A stretch of 64,000 bases of DNA from Thermoplasmata archaeon (GCA_027315165.1 DAHUYN010000009.1:8770-72769), one strand, 5' to 3'. Counted from the stretch's first letter, positions 1-9,940 are shown. Made by a program: numbers and translations. The notes: generated by a model from the letters alone, not told the origin.

Positions 1-2420
1 TCCCCGGGCTCGATCACGCGGGGCTCGCGACCCAGGTCGAGGTGCGACGGCGGCTGCAGAAGCAGGGGATCCGCCTCGAGGACCTCCCGCGCGAGCAGGT
101 GCTCGCTCACGTCGAGGCGTGGAAGCGGGAGCACGAGGCGCGGATCCTCGAGCAGATCCGGGCGGGCGGGTTCTCGGTCGACTGGAGCCGTTATCGCTAC
201 ACGATGGACGACGGGGCCGTCCGCGCGACGCGGAAGGTCTTCGTCGAGCTGTACGAGAGGGGCCTCATCTACCGCGGGGAGCGGATCGTCAACTGGGACC
301 CGAGGCTCCGGACCGCGGTCTCCGACCTCGAGGTCGAGCACGCGGAGGAGCCGGCCGACCTCCTCTACGTGAGATACCCGTGGGCCGACGGCGCGCCCGG
401 CGGGCTCCTCGTCGCAACGGTCCGACCCGAGACGGTCTTCGGGGACGTCGCGGTCGCGGTGCATCCCGAGGACCCTCGACACCGCGAGGCCCTCGGCCGA
501 CAGGTCCTCGTACCCCTCACCGGCCGCTCGGTGCCCGTCATCGCCGACCCCGGCGTCGACCGGGAGTTCGGCAACGGCGCGCTCAAGGTGACGCCGCGGC
601 ACGACCCCCTCGACTTCGAGATCGCCCGACGCCACCCGGAGCTCGCCCAACCGCCCTCGATCCTCTCCGACGACGGCCACCTCGAGGGCGACTGGGTCCC
701 GTCTCCGTACCGGGGGCTCGACCGCGACGAGGCCCGCGTGACGGTGAGCGAGGCGCTCCGGGCGGGCGGGTTCGTCGACCGGACCGAGCGGATCGTGCAC
801 TCCGTCGGCCGTTCCGAGCGATCGAAGGCCGTGATCGAGCCGAGACTGTCGCGTCAGTGGTTCGTCAAGGTCCGGGAGCTCGCCCCGCCGGTCGTCGCGG
901 CGGTCCGCGCCGGGACGATCCGGATCCACCCGCCGCGGTGGGACCTCACCTTCTTCCGCTGGATGGAGGCGCTCCAGGACTGGTGCATCTCCCGCCAGGT
1001 CGCCTGGGGCCACGCGATCCCCGTCTACTACTGCGCCGCCTGCGCGCACGAGATGGCGGCGGAGTCGCCGCCCGTCGGCTGCCCCAAGTGCGGGGCCTCG
1101 CGTCTCACGCAGGATCCCGACGTGCTCGACACCTGGTTCACCTCGTGGCTCTGGCCGTTCCTCGCCCTCGGCTGGCCCGAGGAGACCTCCGACCTCGCGC
1201 ACTACTACCCGACGAGCGTCCTCGTGACCGGCCGCGACATCATGTTCTTCTGGGTGGCGAGGATGATGATGGCGGGCTTCGCCTTCCGTGGCGCCGCCCC
1301 GTTCTCCGACGTCTACTTCACCGGGATGCTGCGCGACGAGCAGGGCCGGCGCATGTCCAAGCACCTGGGCAACTCGCCGGACCCCCTCGACGTGGTCCGC
1401 AACCGCGGCGCCGACGCGATGCGGTTCGCTCTCCTCTTCCCCAACCCGGTCGACCAGGACGGCCCTTTCGGCGAGGGGACCCTTGACGGGGCCCGCAATT
1501 TCCTCACGAAGCTCTGGAACCTGGTCCGGTTCGCGCTCCCCTACCTGCCCGAGGGGAGCTCGCCGGCGGCGCCGCCCCCCCTGACGACGGGGTCGTCGCT
1601 CGAGGACCGCTGGGTCGTCTCCGCGCTCGGCCGGACGCTCGAGCAGGTCGATGCGTCGCTCTCCGCCTTCGAGTTCACGAAGGCGGCCGGCGCGCTCTAC
1701 GAGTTCCTCTGGCACGATCTCGCGGACCGCTACGTCGAGGTCGCGAAGGAGGCGCTCTCGGGGCAGCGGGGCGAGGCGGCCTCGCGCGAGGCCCGCGCGA
1801 CGCTCCTCTTCGTCCTCGACCAGCTCCTCCGGGCGCTCCATCCGATGGTGCCGCACGTCACCGAGGAGCTCTGGCATGCGCTCCCCCACGAGGGCGAGAC
1901 GCTCGCCCTCGCGGCGTGGCCCCGAGCCTCCGAGGTCCGACGCGACCCCGAGGCGGAGGTCGCCTTCGAGGTCGTCTGGGACGCGATCCGCACCTTCCGG
2001 AACCTGAGGGCGGAGTCGAAGGTCCCCGCGGGCGAGCGCCCTGACGCCGCGGTGCTGCCGACCGGCGCCGAGGAGCGCGGCCTCCTCGAGCGCGAGCTCG
2101 CCACCGTCCGTCGGCTCGCGCGGCTCGGCGAACTCTGCCTGCTCGGCTCCGCCGCGGAGCGCCCGCCGTCGCCGACCCGCTCCGTGACGGCCCACGGCGA
2201 GTTCTTCCTCCTCCGCCCCGCGACCGTCGAGTCCGGCGAGGCGGTCGAGCGGGAGCGCGAGCGGCTGACCGCGCTCCTCGAGCGGACCCGGGCGCGACTC
2301 GCCGACCCCGGGTTCCGCGCGCGCGCGCCCCCCGAGGTCGTCGCGGAAACCGAGGCGAAGGTCCGGGACCTCGAGGACCGGCTCCGCCGCCTCGCCGATA
2401 CGGTCGGGGAGGCCCCATGA
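1..2420 (+). CDS. valS: Valine--tRNA ligase, 5'-truncated by window edge; bacterial-type
   Basis: Motifs DWCISRQ, DPDVLDTWFTSWLWPF and GRDIMFFWVARM. KMSKS-like RMSKHLGN. C-terminal coiled-coil arm. The frame is open from the window start. Confidence 0.95.
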   Translation, partial: PGLDHAGLATQVEVRRRLQKQGIRLEDLPREQVLAHVEAWKREHEARILEQIRAGGFSVDWSRYRYTMDDGAVRATRKVFVELYERGLIYRGERIVNWDPRLRTAVSDLEVEHAEEPADLLYVRYPWADGAPGGLLVATVRPETVFGDVAVAVHPEDPRHREALGRQVLVPLTGRSVPVIADPGVDREFGNGALKVTPRHDPLDFEIARRHPELAQPPSILSDDGHLEGDWVPSPYRGLDRDEARVTVSEALRAGGFVDRTERIVHSVGRSERSKAVIEPRLSRQWFVKVRELAPPVVAAVRAGTIRIHPPRWDLTFFRWMEALQDWCISRQVAWGHAIPVYYCAACAHEMAAESPPVGCPKCGASRLTQDPDVLDTWFTSWLWPFLALGWPEETSDLAHYYPTSVLVTGRDIMFFWVARMMMAGFAFRGAAPFSDVYFTGMLRDEQGRRMSKHLGNSPDPLDVVRNRGADAMRFALLFPNPVDQDGPFGEGTLDGARNFLTKLWNLVRFALPYLPEGSSPAAPPPLTTGSSLEDRWVVSALGRTLEQVDASLSAFEFTKAAGALYEFLWHDLADRYVEVAKEALSGQRGEAASREARATLLFVLDQLLRALHPMVPHVTEELWHALPHEGETLALAAWPRASEVRRDPEAEVAFEVVWDAIRTFRNLRAESKVPAGERPDAAVLPTGAEERGLLERELATVRRLARLGELCLLGSAAERPPSPTRSVTAHGEFFLLRPATVESGEAVERERERLTALLERTRARLADPGFRARAPPEVVAETEAKVRDLEDRLRRLADTVGEAP

Positions 2421-3400
2421 GCCCCGCCCGGCCCCGGCGGCGCGCCGCCCCCGCGGCGCCGTCCCCGACCTCGGGGGCCCCGCCGACGGAGGGGATCCCG
2501 CTCGGCGGCACCGGCCGGAGCCACCCCGCGATCGGCCTCGGCCTCTGGGCGATGGGTCGGTGGACCGCGGCCGAGGAGGCCGTGACGAAGGAGACGGTCC
2601 ATCGGGCCCTCGAGCTCGGCGTCCCCTGGTTCGACACCGCGGAGGTGTACGGGTCGGGTCGCTCCGAACGGATCCTCGGGGACGCGCTCGTCCACCGGCC
2701 CCCGGGCCACCCCGTATTCCTCACGACGAAGGTCTCTCAAGAGCACCTGCGGCCCGCCCAGATCCGGGCCGCGCTCACGCAGAGCCTGGGACGCCTCGGC
2801 CGCCGCAACGTCGACGTCTACCTCGTCCACGCCCCGGACCCCTCGCTGCCGATCGGCCCGACCATGGAGACGCTCGAGGCGCTCTGGAAGGAGGGCCGGA
2901 TCGGCGCCGTCGGCGTGAGCAACTTCAACGTCGAGGACCTCGTCGCGGCGCGGGACGCGCTCCGGGAGGCCCCGCTCGTCGTCAACCAGGTCGAGTACTC
3001 GCTCCTCGCGCGCCGCGAGGGCGACACCGTCCTCGACTACTGCCGGAAGAACGGCATCGTCGTCGAGTCGTACACGCCCCTCGCGAGAGGCCTCCTCGCG
3101 GGGCGGTACCTCGACGGGAACGCCCCGCCGCCGGACGTGCGCCGGCTCGCCCGGGACCTCTTCGACCGCGACCGCTTCCCCGAGGTGCGCGCGACGGCGC
3201 GCGCCCTCCGCGCCCTCGCGGTCGAGGCGGGCGTCCCGCTGCTCTCCGTCGCCCTGCACTGGCTCGCCCGCCAGGGAACGGCCCCCGTCTTCGGCGCCCG
3301 GACGCCGGCCCAGCTCGAGGAGGTCCTCGAGGCGTGGCGGCTCCGCCCCGAGGCGGCGGTCCTCGACAGGGCCGACGCGATCTCGCGAGGCGCGGGATGA
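2417..3400 (+). CDS. Aldo/keto reductase
   Basis: IGLGLW, FDTAEVYG, TKV, DVYLVH, GVSNF, NQVEYSLL. Overlaps the valS stop (ATGA). Confidence 0.9.
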   Translation: MSPARPRRRAAPAAPSPTSGAPPTEGIPLGGTGRSHPAIGLGLWAMGRWTAAEEAVTKETVHRALELGVPWFDTAEVYGSGRSERILGDALVHRPPGHPVFLTTKVSQEHLRPAQIRAALTQSLGRLGRRNVDVYLVHAPDPSLPIGPTMETLEALWKEGRIGAVGVSNFNVEDLVAARDALREAPLVVNQVEYSLLARREGDTVLDYCRKNGIVVESYTPLARGLLAGRYLDGNAPPPDVRRLARDLFDRDRFPEVRATARALRALAVEAGVPLLSVALHWLARQGTAPVFGARTPAQLEEVLEAWRLRPEAAVLDRADAISRGAG

Positions 3401-4050
3401 TCCGGCTCGCGGCGTTCGACATGGACGGGACGCTCGTCGACGTCCAGAGCTCCTGGGCGGCCGTGCACGACCACTTCGGGGAGTCGAACTCGGAAGCGCT
3501 CGAGCTGTTCCTCACGGACCGCATCGACGACGCCGAGTTCATGCGGAGGGACATCCAGCTCTGGTGGAAGCACCGGCCCGAGATCTCCGTCTTCGACCTC
3601 GAGGAGATCCTCGACCGCGTCCCCCTCATGCCGGGGGCCGCCGAGATGTTCCAGGCGCTCCGGCGCGAGGGCATCGTCACCGCGATCGTCAGCGGCGGGA
3701 TCGACCTGCTCGCGCGACGGATCGGCCGCGAGCTCGGGGTCGACTACGTCCTCGCGAACGGCTTCCGGGTCGGCGCCGACGGCCGCCTCACCGGCGACGG
3801 GATCGTCCGCGTCCCGATCAAGGGCAAGGAGCAGGTCCTCGCGAGGATCCAGGCCCAGCTCGGGATCCCGCCCGAGAGGACCGCGAGCGTCGGCAACTCC
3901 GAGATCGATGTCGGCCTCTTCAAGCGAAGCCGGGTCGGGGTGGCGTTCCTCCCCGAGGACGACTTCGTCCGCCGGCACGCGACGGCGGTCGTCACGGCCC
4001 GGGACCTCCGTCTCGTCCTGCCCTACCTCTTCGAGGTCGGCGGACCCTAG
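3397..4050 (+). CDS. HAD-IB family phosphatase (phosphoserine phosphatase-like)
   Basis: ATG at 3397 overlaps the upstream stop. FDMDGTL motif I, IVSGG motif II, K...GNSEID motifs III/IV. Confidence 0.88.
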   Translation: MIRLAAFDMDGTLVDVQSSWAAVHDHFGESNSEALELFLTDRIDDAEFMRRDIQLWWKHRPEISVFDLEEILDRVPLMPGAAEMFQALRREGIVTAIVSGGIDLLARRIGRELGVDYVLANGFRVGADGRLTGDGIVRVPIKGKEQVLARIQAQLGIPPERTASVGNSEIDVGLFKRSRVGVAFLPEDDFVRRHATAVVTARDLRLVLPYLFEVGGP

Positions 4051-4121
4051 CGGGGCCCCCGACGGCCCGGGTCGGCCGAGAGAAGCCCTTTTGAGCCGAG
4101 CCCGGCCTAGCACGGGTCTCC

Positions 4122-4739
4122 ATGGAGTCGTACAAGTCGCTCCTCGAGCGCGCCCGGGCCCGGCTTCCGCCGGTCCAGGTCGCCCGGGAGCGGTTCCAGG
4201 TCCCCGAGCCGGACGTGATGACGGACGGCAAGAACACCGTCATCCGCAACTTCCAGGAGATCGCCACGGTCCTGCGGCGGGAGCCGGCGCACGTCATCGG
4301 CCACCTCGCCCGAGAGCTGGGGTGCCCGGGGGTCCTCGACCTTCCCCGCGGCGTCCTCAAGTCGCGCGTCACGCGGGAGGCCGTCTCGCAGCGGATCCGC
4401 GAGTACACCGAGAAGTACGTGATCTGCTCGGAGTGCAAGCGGCCGGACACCCACCTCTCCAAGGACGGCCGCCTCACGCTCCTCATCTGCGAGGCCTGCG
4501 GCGCGCAGCGGCCGGTCACCGTCCGCCGCGTCGTCGAGCCCGAGAAGCCGAAGGCCCCGGTCGTCGTCGGCGAGGTCTACCGCCTCACGATCGAGGATCT
4601 GGGTCGGCGTGGGGACGGGGTCGCCAAGAAAGAGGGGTTCGTGATCTTCGTGACGGGGGCCAACCAGCGCGGCGTGACGGTCAACGCGAAGATCACCAAG
4701 GTCCTCGGCAACAACGCCTACGCGGTCGTCCAGCCGTAG
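4122..4739 (+). CDS. eif2b: Translation initiation factor aIF-2 beta subunit with C-terminal TRAM domain
   Basis: RFQVP, TVIRNF, zinc ribbon CSECKRPDT...CEACG. TRAM-like IEDLGRRGDGVAKKEGFVIFV. Confidence 0.93.
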   Translation: MESYKSLLERARARLPPVQVARERFQVPEPDVMTDGKNTVIRNFQEIATVLRREPAHVIGHLARELGCPGVLDLPRGVLKSRVTREAVSQRIREYTEKYVICSECKRPDTHLSKDGRLTLLICEACGAQRPVTVRRVVEPEKPKAPVVVGEVYRLTIEDLGRRGDGVAKKEGFVIFVTGANQRGVTVNAKITKVLGNNAYAVVQP

Positions 4740-4743
4740 GACG

Positions 4744-5712
4744 ATGCCCCGGCTGCGGACGTTCGGCCTCGTCGCGCTCTACGTCGGCGCCCAGCTCGTC
4801 GCCCTCCTGCTGGCGCTCCCGTTCCGGTCCGCCGGCCTCGCCACGAACGCGAACCCGAACTCGCCGACCAGCCCGCTTTATCTGATCCTCGTCGTCGTCG
4901 GGGCCTCGTTCGCGATCCTCTGGGTCTCCAAGCGCGCCGGCGGGCTCTCGGCGCTGCGCTGGCTCATCCTCCTCGGGATCGCGGGCTCGCTCGCGATCAC
5001 GCTCTACGCGACGTTCGGCCTGGTCCTGCCCTCGCCGACCTACCTCGGGAGCACGGGGACCGGCGAGGTGCTCGACCTCGCGCTCCCGGTGGCCCTCTCG
5101 ACGGCGGTCGTGATGTTCCTCGCACTGCTGATGAGCCCCGAGTGGTGGGTCGTCGACGGGGTCGGGTTCGTCGCCGCCGGCTCCCTCATCGCCCTCCTGG
5201 GGATCTCCTTCGGGATCCTGCCGACGTTCCTGCTCCTCATCGCGCTCGCCGTCTACGACGCGATCGCCGTCTACTGGACCAAGCACATGCTGTCGCTCGC
5301 CGACGTCGTCACCGAGATGAAGCTCCCGATCCTGATGGTGATGCCGGACGCGCCCGGGTTCGACTACACGCGCCGCGGCTCCTTCAAGGAGCAGCGGAGG
5401 ATCCCCCCCGAGGAGCGCGAGGCCGTCTTCATGGGGCTCGGGGACGTCGTCTTCCCCGGGATCCTCGTCGTCTCCGCCTTCGTCTGGCTGCCGACGTCGG
5501 TCCATCTCCTCGGCGTCGGCGCCAACCTCCTGGTCGGGCTCGGCGCGATGGCCGGCTCGCTCTGCGGCTACGCGGTGCTGATGCGCCTCGTCGCGGGCGG
5601 CAACGCGCAGGCGGGGCTCCCGCTCCTCAACGGCGGCGCCCTGGCGGGCTACGTCGTGAGCTACCTCCTCCTTTTCCACAGCCTCGGCCTCGGGTTCTCG
5701 CTGTCGTTCTAG
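4744..5712 (+). CDS. Presenilin-family intramembrane aspartyl protease (PSH)
   Basis: Multi-TM protein with YDAIAVY, MGLGD and QAGLPLLN (YD / GxGD / PAL-like motifs). Confidence 0.92.
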   Translation: MPRLRTFGLVALYVGAQLVALLLALPFRSAGLATNANPNSPTSPLYLILVVVGASFAILWVSKRAGGLSALRWLILLGIAGSLAITLYATFGLVLPSPTYLGSTGTGEVLDLALPVALSTAVVMFLALLMSPEWWVVDGVGFVAAGSLIALLGISFGILPTFLLLIALAVYDAIAVYWTKHMLSLADVVTEMKLPILMVMPDAPGFDYTRRGSFKEQRRIPPEEREAVFMGLGDVVFPGILVVSAFVWLPTSVHLLGVGANLLVGLGAMAGSLCGYAVLMRLVAGGNAQAGLPLLNGGALAGYVVSYLLLFHSLGLGFSLSF

Positions 5713-5722
5713 GGAGTCGAGG

Positions 5723-6664
5723 ATGCGACGCGTCGTCGAGGACATCCGCATCGACGATGGCCCCTCGCTCGACACGCTGATGCGCCGCCTCGAGGCGGCC
5801 GGCGGCTTCTCCGCGAAGGCGGTCGCCCAGGGGGTCGACCTGCTCGCCGAGATCCTCGCCGACGAGGAGATGACCACCTTCCTGTCGTTCCCCGCGGCGA
5901 TCGTCGCGACGGGGACGCGCGGGGTCCTCGAGACGCTCGTCCGAGAGGGGTACGTCGACGCCGTGATCACGACGTGCGGCACCCTCGACCACGACCTCGC
6001 CCGGTCGCTCCGGCCGTACTACCACGGCGCGTGGGACCTCGACGACGCCGAGCTGTACCGAAAGGGCCTCTACCGGCTCGGGAACCTCGTGATCCCGCAG
6101 AGCCACTACGGCCGTCCGGTCGAGCAGCGGATGCAGCGGATCCTCAAGCGGCTCTACGCGCAAGGGGTCCGCCAGCTCTCGACGCGCGAGCTCTCCTGGG
6201 CGATCGGCGAGGAGCTCGGCCCGAAGGCGGGGGCGGGCAGCCTCTGCCGCGCCGCCCTCGAGAGGAAGGTCCCCATCTTCGTGCCCGGGATCACCGACGG
6301 CGCCGTCGGCTCGCAGATCTGGCTGTTCTGGCAGACCCACAAGGACCTCTCGATCGACCTCCTCGACGACGAGCAGAAGATCTCCGACCTCGTCTACGAG
6401 GCGAAGCGCGCCGGGGCGATCATGCTCGGCGGCGGCATCTCCAAGCACCACACGATCTGGTGGAACCAGTTCCGCGACGGGCTCGACGCCGCGCTCTACG
6501 TGACGACGGCCGTCGAGTGGGACGGCTCGCTCTCGGGAGCGCGCACGCGCGAGGCGGTCTCCTGGGGGAAGGTGAAGCCGCGCGCCCGCCACACGACGGT
6601 CGACGGCGACGCGACCCTCCTGCTGCCCCTCATGGTCGGGGCGGCGCTCGAGCGGATCCGCTGA
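5723..6664 (+). CDS. dys: Deoxyhypusine synthase
   Basis: PGITDGAVG, LGGGISKHH, DGSLSGA and EAVSWGK with the catalytic Lys. Confidence 0.95.
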   Translation: MRRVVEDIRIDDGPSLDTLMRRLEAAGGFSAKAVAQGVDLLAEILADEEMTTFLSFPAAIVATGTRGVLETLVREGYVDAVITTCGTLDHDLARSLRPYYHGAWDLDDAELYRKGLYRLGNLVIPQSHYGRPVEQRMQRILKRLYAQGVRQLSTRELSWAIGEELGPKAGAGSLCRAALERKVPIFVPGITDGAVGSQIWLFWQTHKDLSIDLLDDEQKISDLVYEAKRAGAIMLGGGISKHHTIWWNQFRDGLDAALYVTTAVEWDGSLSGARTREAVSWGKVKPRARHTTVDGDATLLLPLMVGAALERIR

Positions 6665-6686
6665 CCCGGGTGCCGGTGTCGGTGAC

Positions 6687-6694
6687 CTTAATAG
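6687..6694 (+). promoter_or_regulatory. TATA-box-like element for tRNA-Lys
   Basis: CTTAATAG, an AT patch about 30 nt upstream of the tRNA in GC-rich context. Confidence 0.55.
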
Positions 6695-6724
6695 GGAGGG
6701 GCCGGCTCGGGCGCCTTCGTCCTT

Positions 6725-6798
6725 GGGCCCGTAGCTCAGCTCGGTAGAGCAGGCGGCTCTTAACCGCAAGGTCAGGGGTTCGAATCCCCTCGGGCCCG
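6725..6798 (+). tRNA. tRNA-Lys (anticodon CTT), no intron, CCA not encoded
   Basis: Acceptor stem GGGCCCG/CGGGCCC, D-arm GCTC...GAGC, anticodon arm GCGG-CTCTTAA-CCGC, T-loop GGTTCGAATCC. Confidence 0.97.
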
Positions 6799-6918
6799 TA
6801 ACACGTTCCTTATCGAACCCACGCCGGCGGCCCCCCCCGGCCTGAGGAAGGGGCCCCGCGGCTCGCCCGAGGATTCGGTGGGCAATCCCCCGCGGATTGA
6901 AGGCGTTGGGGGTGGCTC

Positions 6919-8022
6919 GTGATCCTGACGGGGCTGGCGCCGGCCATCCTCGAGGGGGAGGTGCGGGAGGTCCTCCGGGTACTCCCCGATGGGTCGGTCC
7001 ACTGCGTTGTGACATCGCCGCCCTACTGGGGTCTGAGGGACTACGGAATCCCGCGAGTGCTCTGGGGAGGGGACCCCTTCTGCTCTCACGAGTGGGAAGC
7101 CCGCCCGCTGCGTCGGAGACGCTCACCGCTCGGTGTGAAGGACCCCGAGTCGATTCAGGCCGGCCATCCCGGTGCCGCGGTCGAGCTTCCCGCCACCAAG
7201 ACCTGCCCTCGCCGTCAAGGTTGGCTCGGTCCGTTGGGCCTCGAACCGGACCCGGACCTCTTTGTCGATCACCTCGCGTCGGTCTTCGACGAGGTCCACC
7301 GTGTTCTGCGCGCCGATGGAACTCTCTGGCTGAACCTCGGCGACACCTATCACACGGATAGCCCGGTCCGGGGCTCCTCTCGGGAGGCGTTCTCGCGGAA
7401 GTGGGACCCTTCCCAGACTCGGAGTCGCGGAGGAAGCCGACGGCCGGCCTCACGGTTCGGAGAGGTCGAACCGAAGGACCTCACCGGCATTCCTTGGCGG
7501 GTCGCGTTCGAGCGGTTGATGGGCCTCCGCCGGTGGGAAGTGCTTCGGATCAGACTCGCCGACCTTGGGGAGACGCAGCTGAGCGTCCGCGGGAAGGGGC
7601 CAGAGGGAGGGAGGCCCAGGCGCCTTCTATGGCATTCGCGCCTCAGGGCCATCCTCCCGGAACGGCTGGCGCACCGTGCCCCGCTCATTTCGGGCGCCCA
7701 TGGACCCGACTCTGGCCACCTGTTTGCCCACCTCGGGTCAGAGGGTCGAGTGCGCAGTGGGTCGAAGAACTACATCGACGAGCGAATGGTGAGGCCAGCG
7801 TTTCGGGTCGCTGGTCTGAGCCTGCCGGGGACTCTGAACCACGCCCTTCGACGGACGTGCGGGCGCACGCTGTGGGAGAACGGAGTCCCCATCGGGAAGA
7901 TCGCCGAATTGCTCGGGCACTCCGACACCAAGACCACCCAGCGATACTTGGCGCTTCGACAGGACGACTCCGACGCGACGATTCGGGTGCTCGAACGACG
8001 GTTCCCGGCAGAAGTAGCCTGA
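6919..8022 (+). CDS. Chimeric ORF: N-terminal half of a beta-class amino-DNA methyltransferase fused in frame to a tyrosine recombinase catalytic domain
   Basis: MTase part: VHCVVTSPPYWGLRDY, LWLNLGDTY, KDLTGIPWRVAF. Recombinase part: GLRR, RGKG, HALRR, LLGHS, TQRY. Confidence 0.8.
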   Translation: MILTGLAPAILEGEVREVLRVLPDGSVHCVVTSPPYWGLRDYGIPRVLWGGDPFCSHEWEARPLRRRRSPLGVKDPESIQAGHPGAAVELPATKTCPRRQGWLGPLGLEPDPDLFVDHLASVFDEVHRVLRADGTLWLNLGDTYHTDSPVRGSSREAFSRKWDPSQTRSRGGSRRPASRFGEVEPKDLTGIPWRVAFERLMGLRRWEVLRIRLADLGETQLSVRGKGPEGGRPRRLLWHSRLRAILPERLAHRAPLISGAHGPDSGHLFAHLGSEGRVRSGSKNYIDERMVRPAFRVAGLSLPGTLNHALRRTCGRTLWENGVPIGKIAELLGHSDTKTTQRYLALRQDDSDATIRVLERRFPAEVA

Positions 8023-8143
8023 ACGAGAATGTAGGCCAAGCAGAAAGGGGCGAAGTTGAGTCCAACGGCGTGCTGCGTCAGGCTGTGCCTAAACGGCTGA
8101 GATCGTGACGGAGGCCCCTCGTCCTCATCGCGAGGAGATTGTC

Positions 8144-8815
8144 TCAACGAACTTCTCTGCGGACGAGGACGTTGCTTCGCCCGAACGGCCGAACGACCTC
8201 AAACCCTTCCCGTTCGAACATGCCAATCGTCCCGAACCATGTGGCCACCGCTCTCCCGTGCGTAGCCGGATACGCCTCCACGATGCCGCCACCGCGCCGC
8301 CGGATCGCATCTACCGCCGCCCGAAGGGCGACCCGAGCTACTCCGGACCTGCGAAACGGTCGATCGACGAAGAAGCAAGTGATTCGCCAGTTCGGAGGGG
8401 GGCCGAGGCGGTCTGCCATGGACTTGTACTTCCGTCCTCGTTCGACCCTCGGCAGGTCCTCGCGCCGACCGAATTGACACCATCCGATCGGCTTGCCGTC
8501 TCGGTACACCAGGATACCGTGGGCGTGACCTCGCAGGAGCAGGGCGTAATGGTCGTGCCGGTTCGCCTCCTGACGACGTTGGCTCTGGAGAGGTCCTGTC
8601 GGGCCTTCCCGATGATAGAACATGCACCAACACCCGGCCTGTACGCCGTGGTATTTTCGAAACAGTCCCTCGAAATCAGCCCAGGATGAGGGCGAGAGTT
8701 CGCGCGTTTCGAGTGGCTGCCTTTCTGGACGGCTCGGTCGAGACAAGCCCGCAGGGAGGTCACTCTTGGCGGCCGAAGAAGGTTCGGTCCCAGCGGGGAC
8801 TTGAGGCTGTTTCAC
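8144..8815 (-). CDS. GNAT family N-acetyltransferase
   Basis: GCWCMFY, IGWCQFG, ITCFFVDRPFRRSGVA (acetyl-CoA binding), VEAYP, FEREGF. Confidence 0.85.
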   Translation of the reverse strand: MKQPQVPAGTEPSSAAKSDLPAGLSRPSRPERQPLETRELSPSSWADFEGLFRKYHGVQAGCWCMFYHREGPTGPLQSQRRQEANRHDHYALLLRGHAHGILVYRDGKPIGWCQFGRREDLPRVERGRKYKSMADRLGPPPNWRITCFFVDRPFRRSGVARVALRAAVDAIRRRGGGIVEAYPATHGRAVATWFGTIGMFEREGFEVVRPFGRSNVLVRREVR

Positions 8816-8873
8816 GTAGTCTCTCGACGCTTTATCGTTGATTACGTGGTCGCCCTGGCCGGAGAGAACCGGA

Positions 8874-9398
8874 ATGACCGAACTGGACGCGTTACGAACC
8901 TTCTATCGGTACAACGCCCGGGTGAGGCGAAACTACCTCTCCGCTCTCCTCGCTCTCTCCCCAGAGGAGCGTTTGAAGGACCGGGGCGCCTCCTACCCCT
9001 CTCTCCAAGAAGTCTTCGTTCATGTCCTCGACGGCATCTTTTGGTGGCTCAAGTATGTCCCCCAAGACCGTGTTCGCGAAGCCGCGCTCCTACCCGCCCG
9101 CGACCTGACTGCCGATGAGTTGAAGGAGCAAGTTGCTCGAGCCGAGCGGGTCGCGACAGAGTACATCGACTCCCTGGACGAGGCGAGCCTCACGAGGGAG
9201 TTGGTTTGCCACTTTTCGGAGGATGGGAAGACTTCTGAGGGGCGATTTCCCATCGGCGACGTGCTGTGGCACGTGGTGGAGGAAGAGCTGCAGCATCGGG
9301 GAGAGCTCAACGCGCTGTTCTGGCAGATGGATGTCGACCCGCCAATCGCTACGGTCGACGATTGGAATGCTTCGAAAGTGGTCACCCTGCAAAGATGA
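8874..9398 (+). CDS. DinB/YfiT family protein
   Basis: SLQEVFVH...W and HVVEEELQHRGEL (His triad). Confidence 0.85.
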   Translation: MTELDALRTFYRYNARVRRNYLSALLALSPEERLKDRGASYPSLQEVFVHVLDGIFWWLKYVPQDRVREAALLPARDLTADELKEQVARAERVATEYIDSLDEASLTRELVCHFSEDGKTSEGRFPIGDVLWHVVEEELQHRGELNALFWQMDVDPPIATVDDWNASKVVTLQR

Positions 9399-9742
9399 TG
9401 TCGGCTGGTGCTGTCAATCCCCCTACCTCCTGGGCCCGTCTGGCATTTCGGTGGCTCCAATCCCAGCCCTTCGAGCAAGCGTCGACGGCTCTCACCGTCA
9501 GCCATGATCGGGAAGGCAGAGGGGGTCTTGGGTCCCGCCGGAAGTGCTAACACCTCCTGGCGACGAGGCGCGGACTGCAGTCGAGGCGTAACCGACGAGC
9601 AGACTCAGGGCTTCAAGAGTGATTCAACGCGGTGATGCGCAAAGTGCGCCTCTGTTTCGAGGCGCGCTGTCTGGGATCTCCGACACCCTACGGGGTCCTC
9701 CCGACCGAAGGAGCAATGCGGTAGAAGTGGGTCTGGGGCTCG

Positions 9743-9940
9743 GTGAGCGGCGTCGTACGCCTTGACCAGACCGTTGGCCTGGGACCCAACGAGGAGCAGG
9801 ACTTCGGCCCGATTCCGTACTATAATGGCTGGAAGCTGCTGTTGAGTAGCTCTGGTACGGTCCGCCGCTACCTCGGTCTATACGATCTGGCCGAGTACCA
9901 ACGACTTCGGGTAACCCTCACTACTTTGGCGGAACCCTGA
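9743..9940 (+). CDS. Small hypothetical protein or gene fragment
   Basis: 65-aa ORF with protein-like composition and no recognised motif. Confidence 0.3.
   Translation: MSGVVRLDQTVGLGPNEEQDFGPIPYYNGWKLLLSSSGTVRRYLGLYDLAEYQRLRVTLTTLAEP

Noticed and set aside
9416-9439. AATCCCCCTACCTCCTGGGCCCGT resembling the tRNA-Lys 3' end (possible attR)
   Set aside because: Only about 8 contiguous bases match and a gap is required. This is expected by chance in GC-rich DNA.
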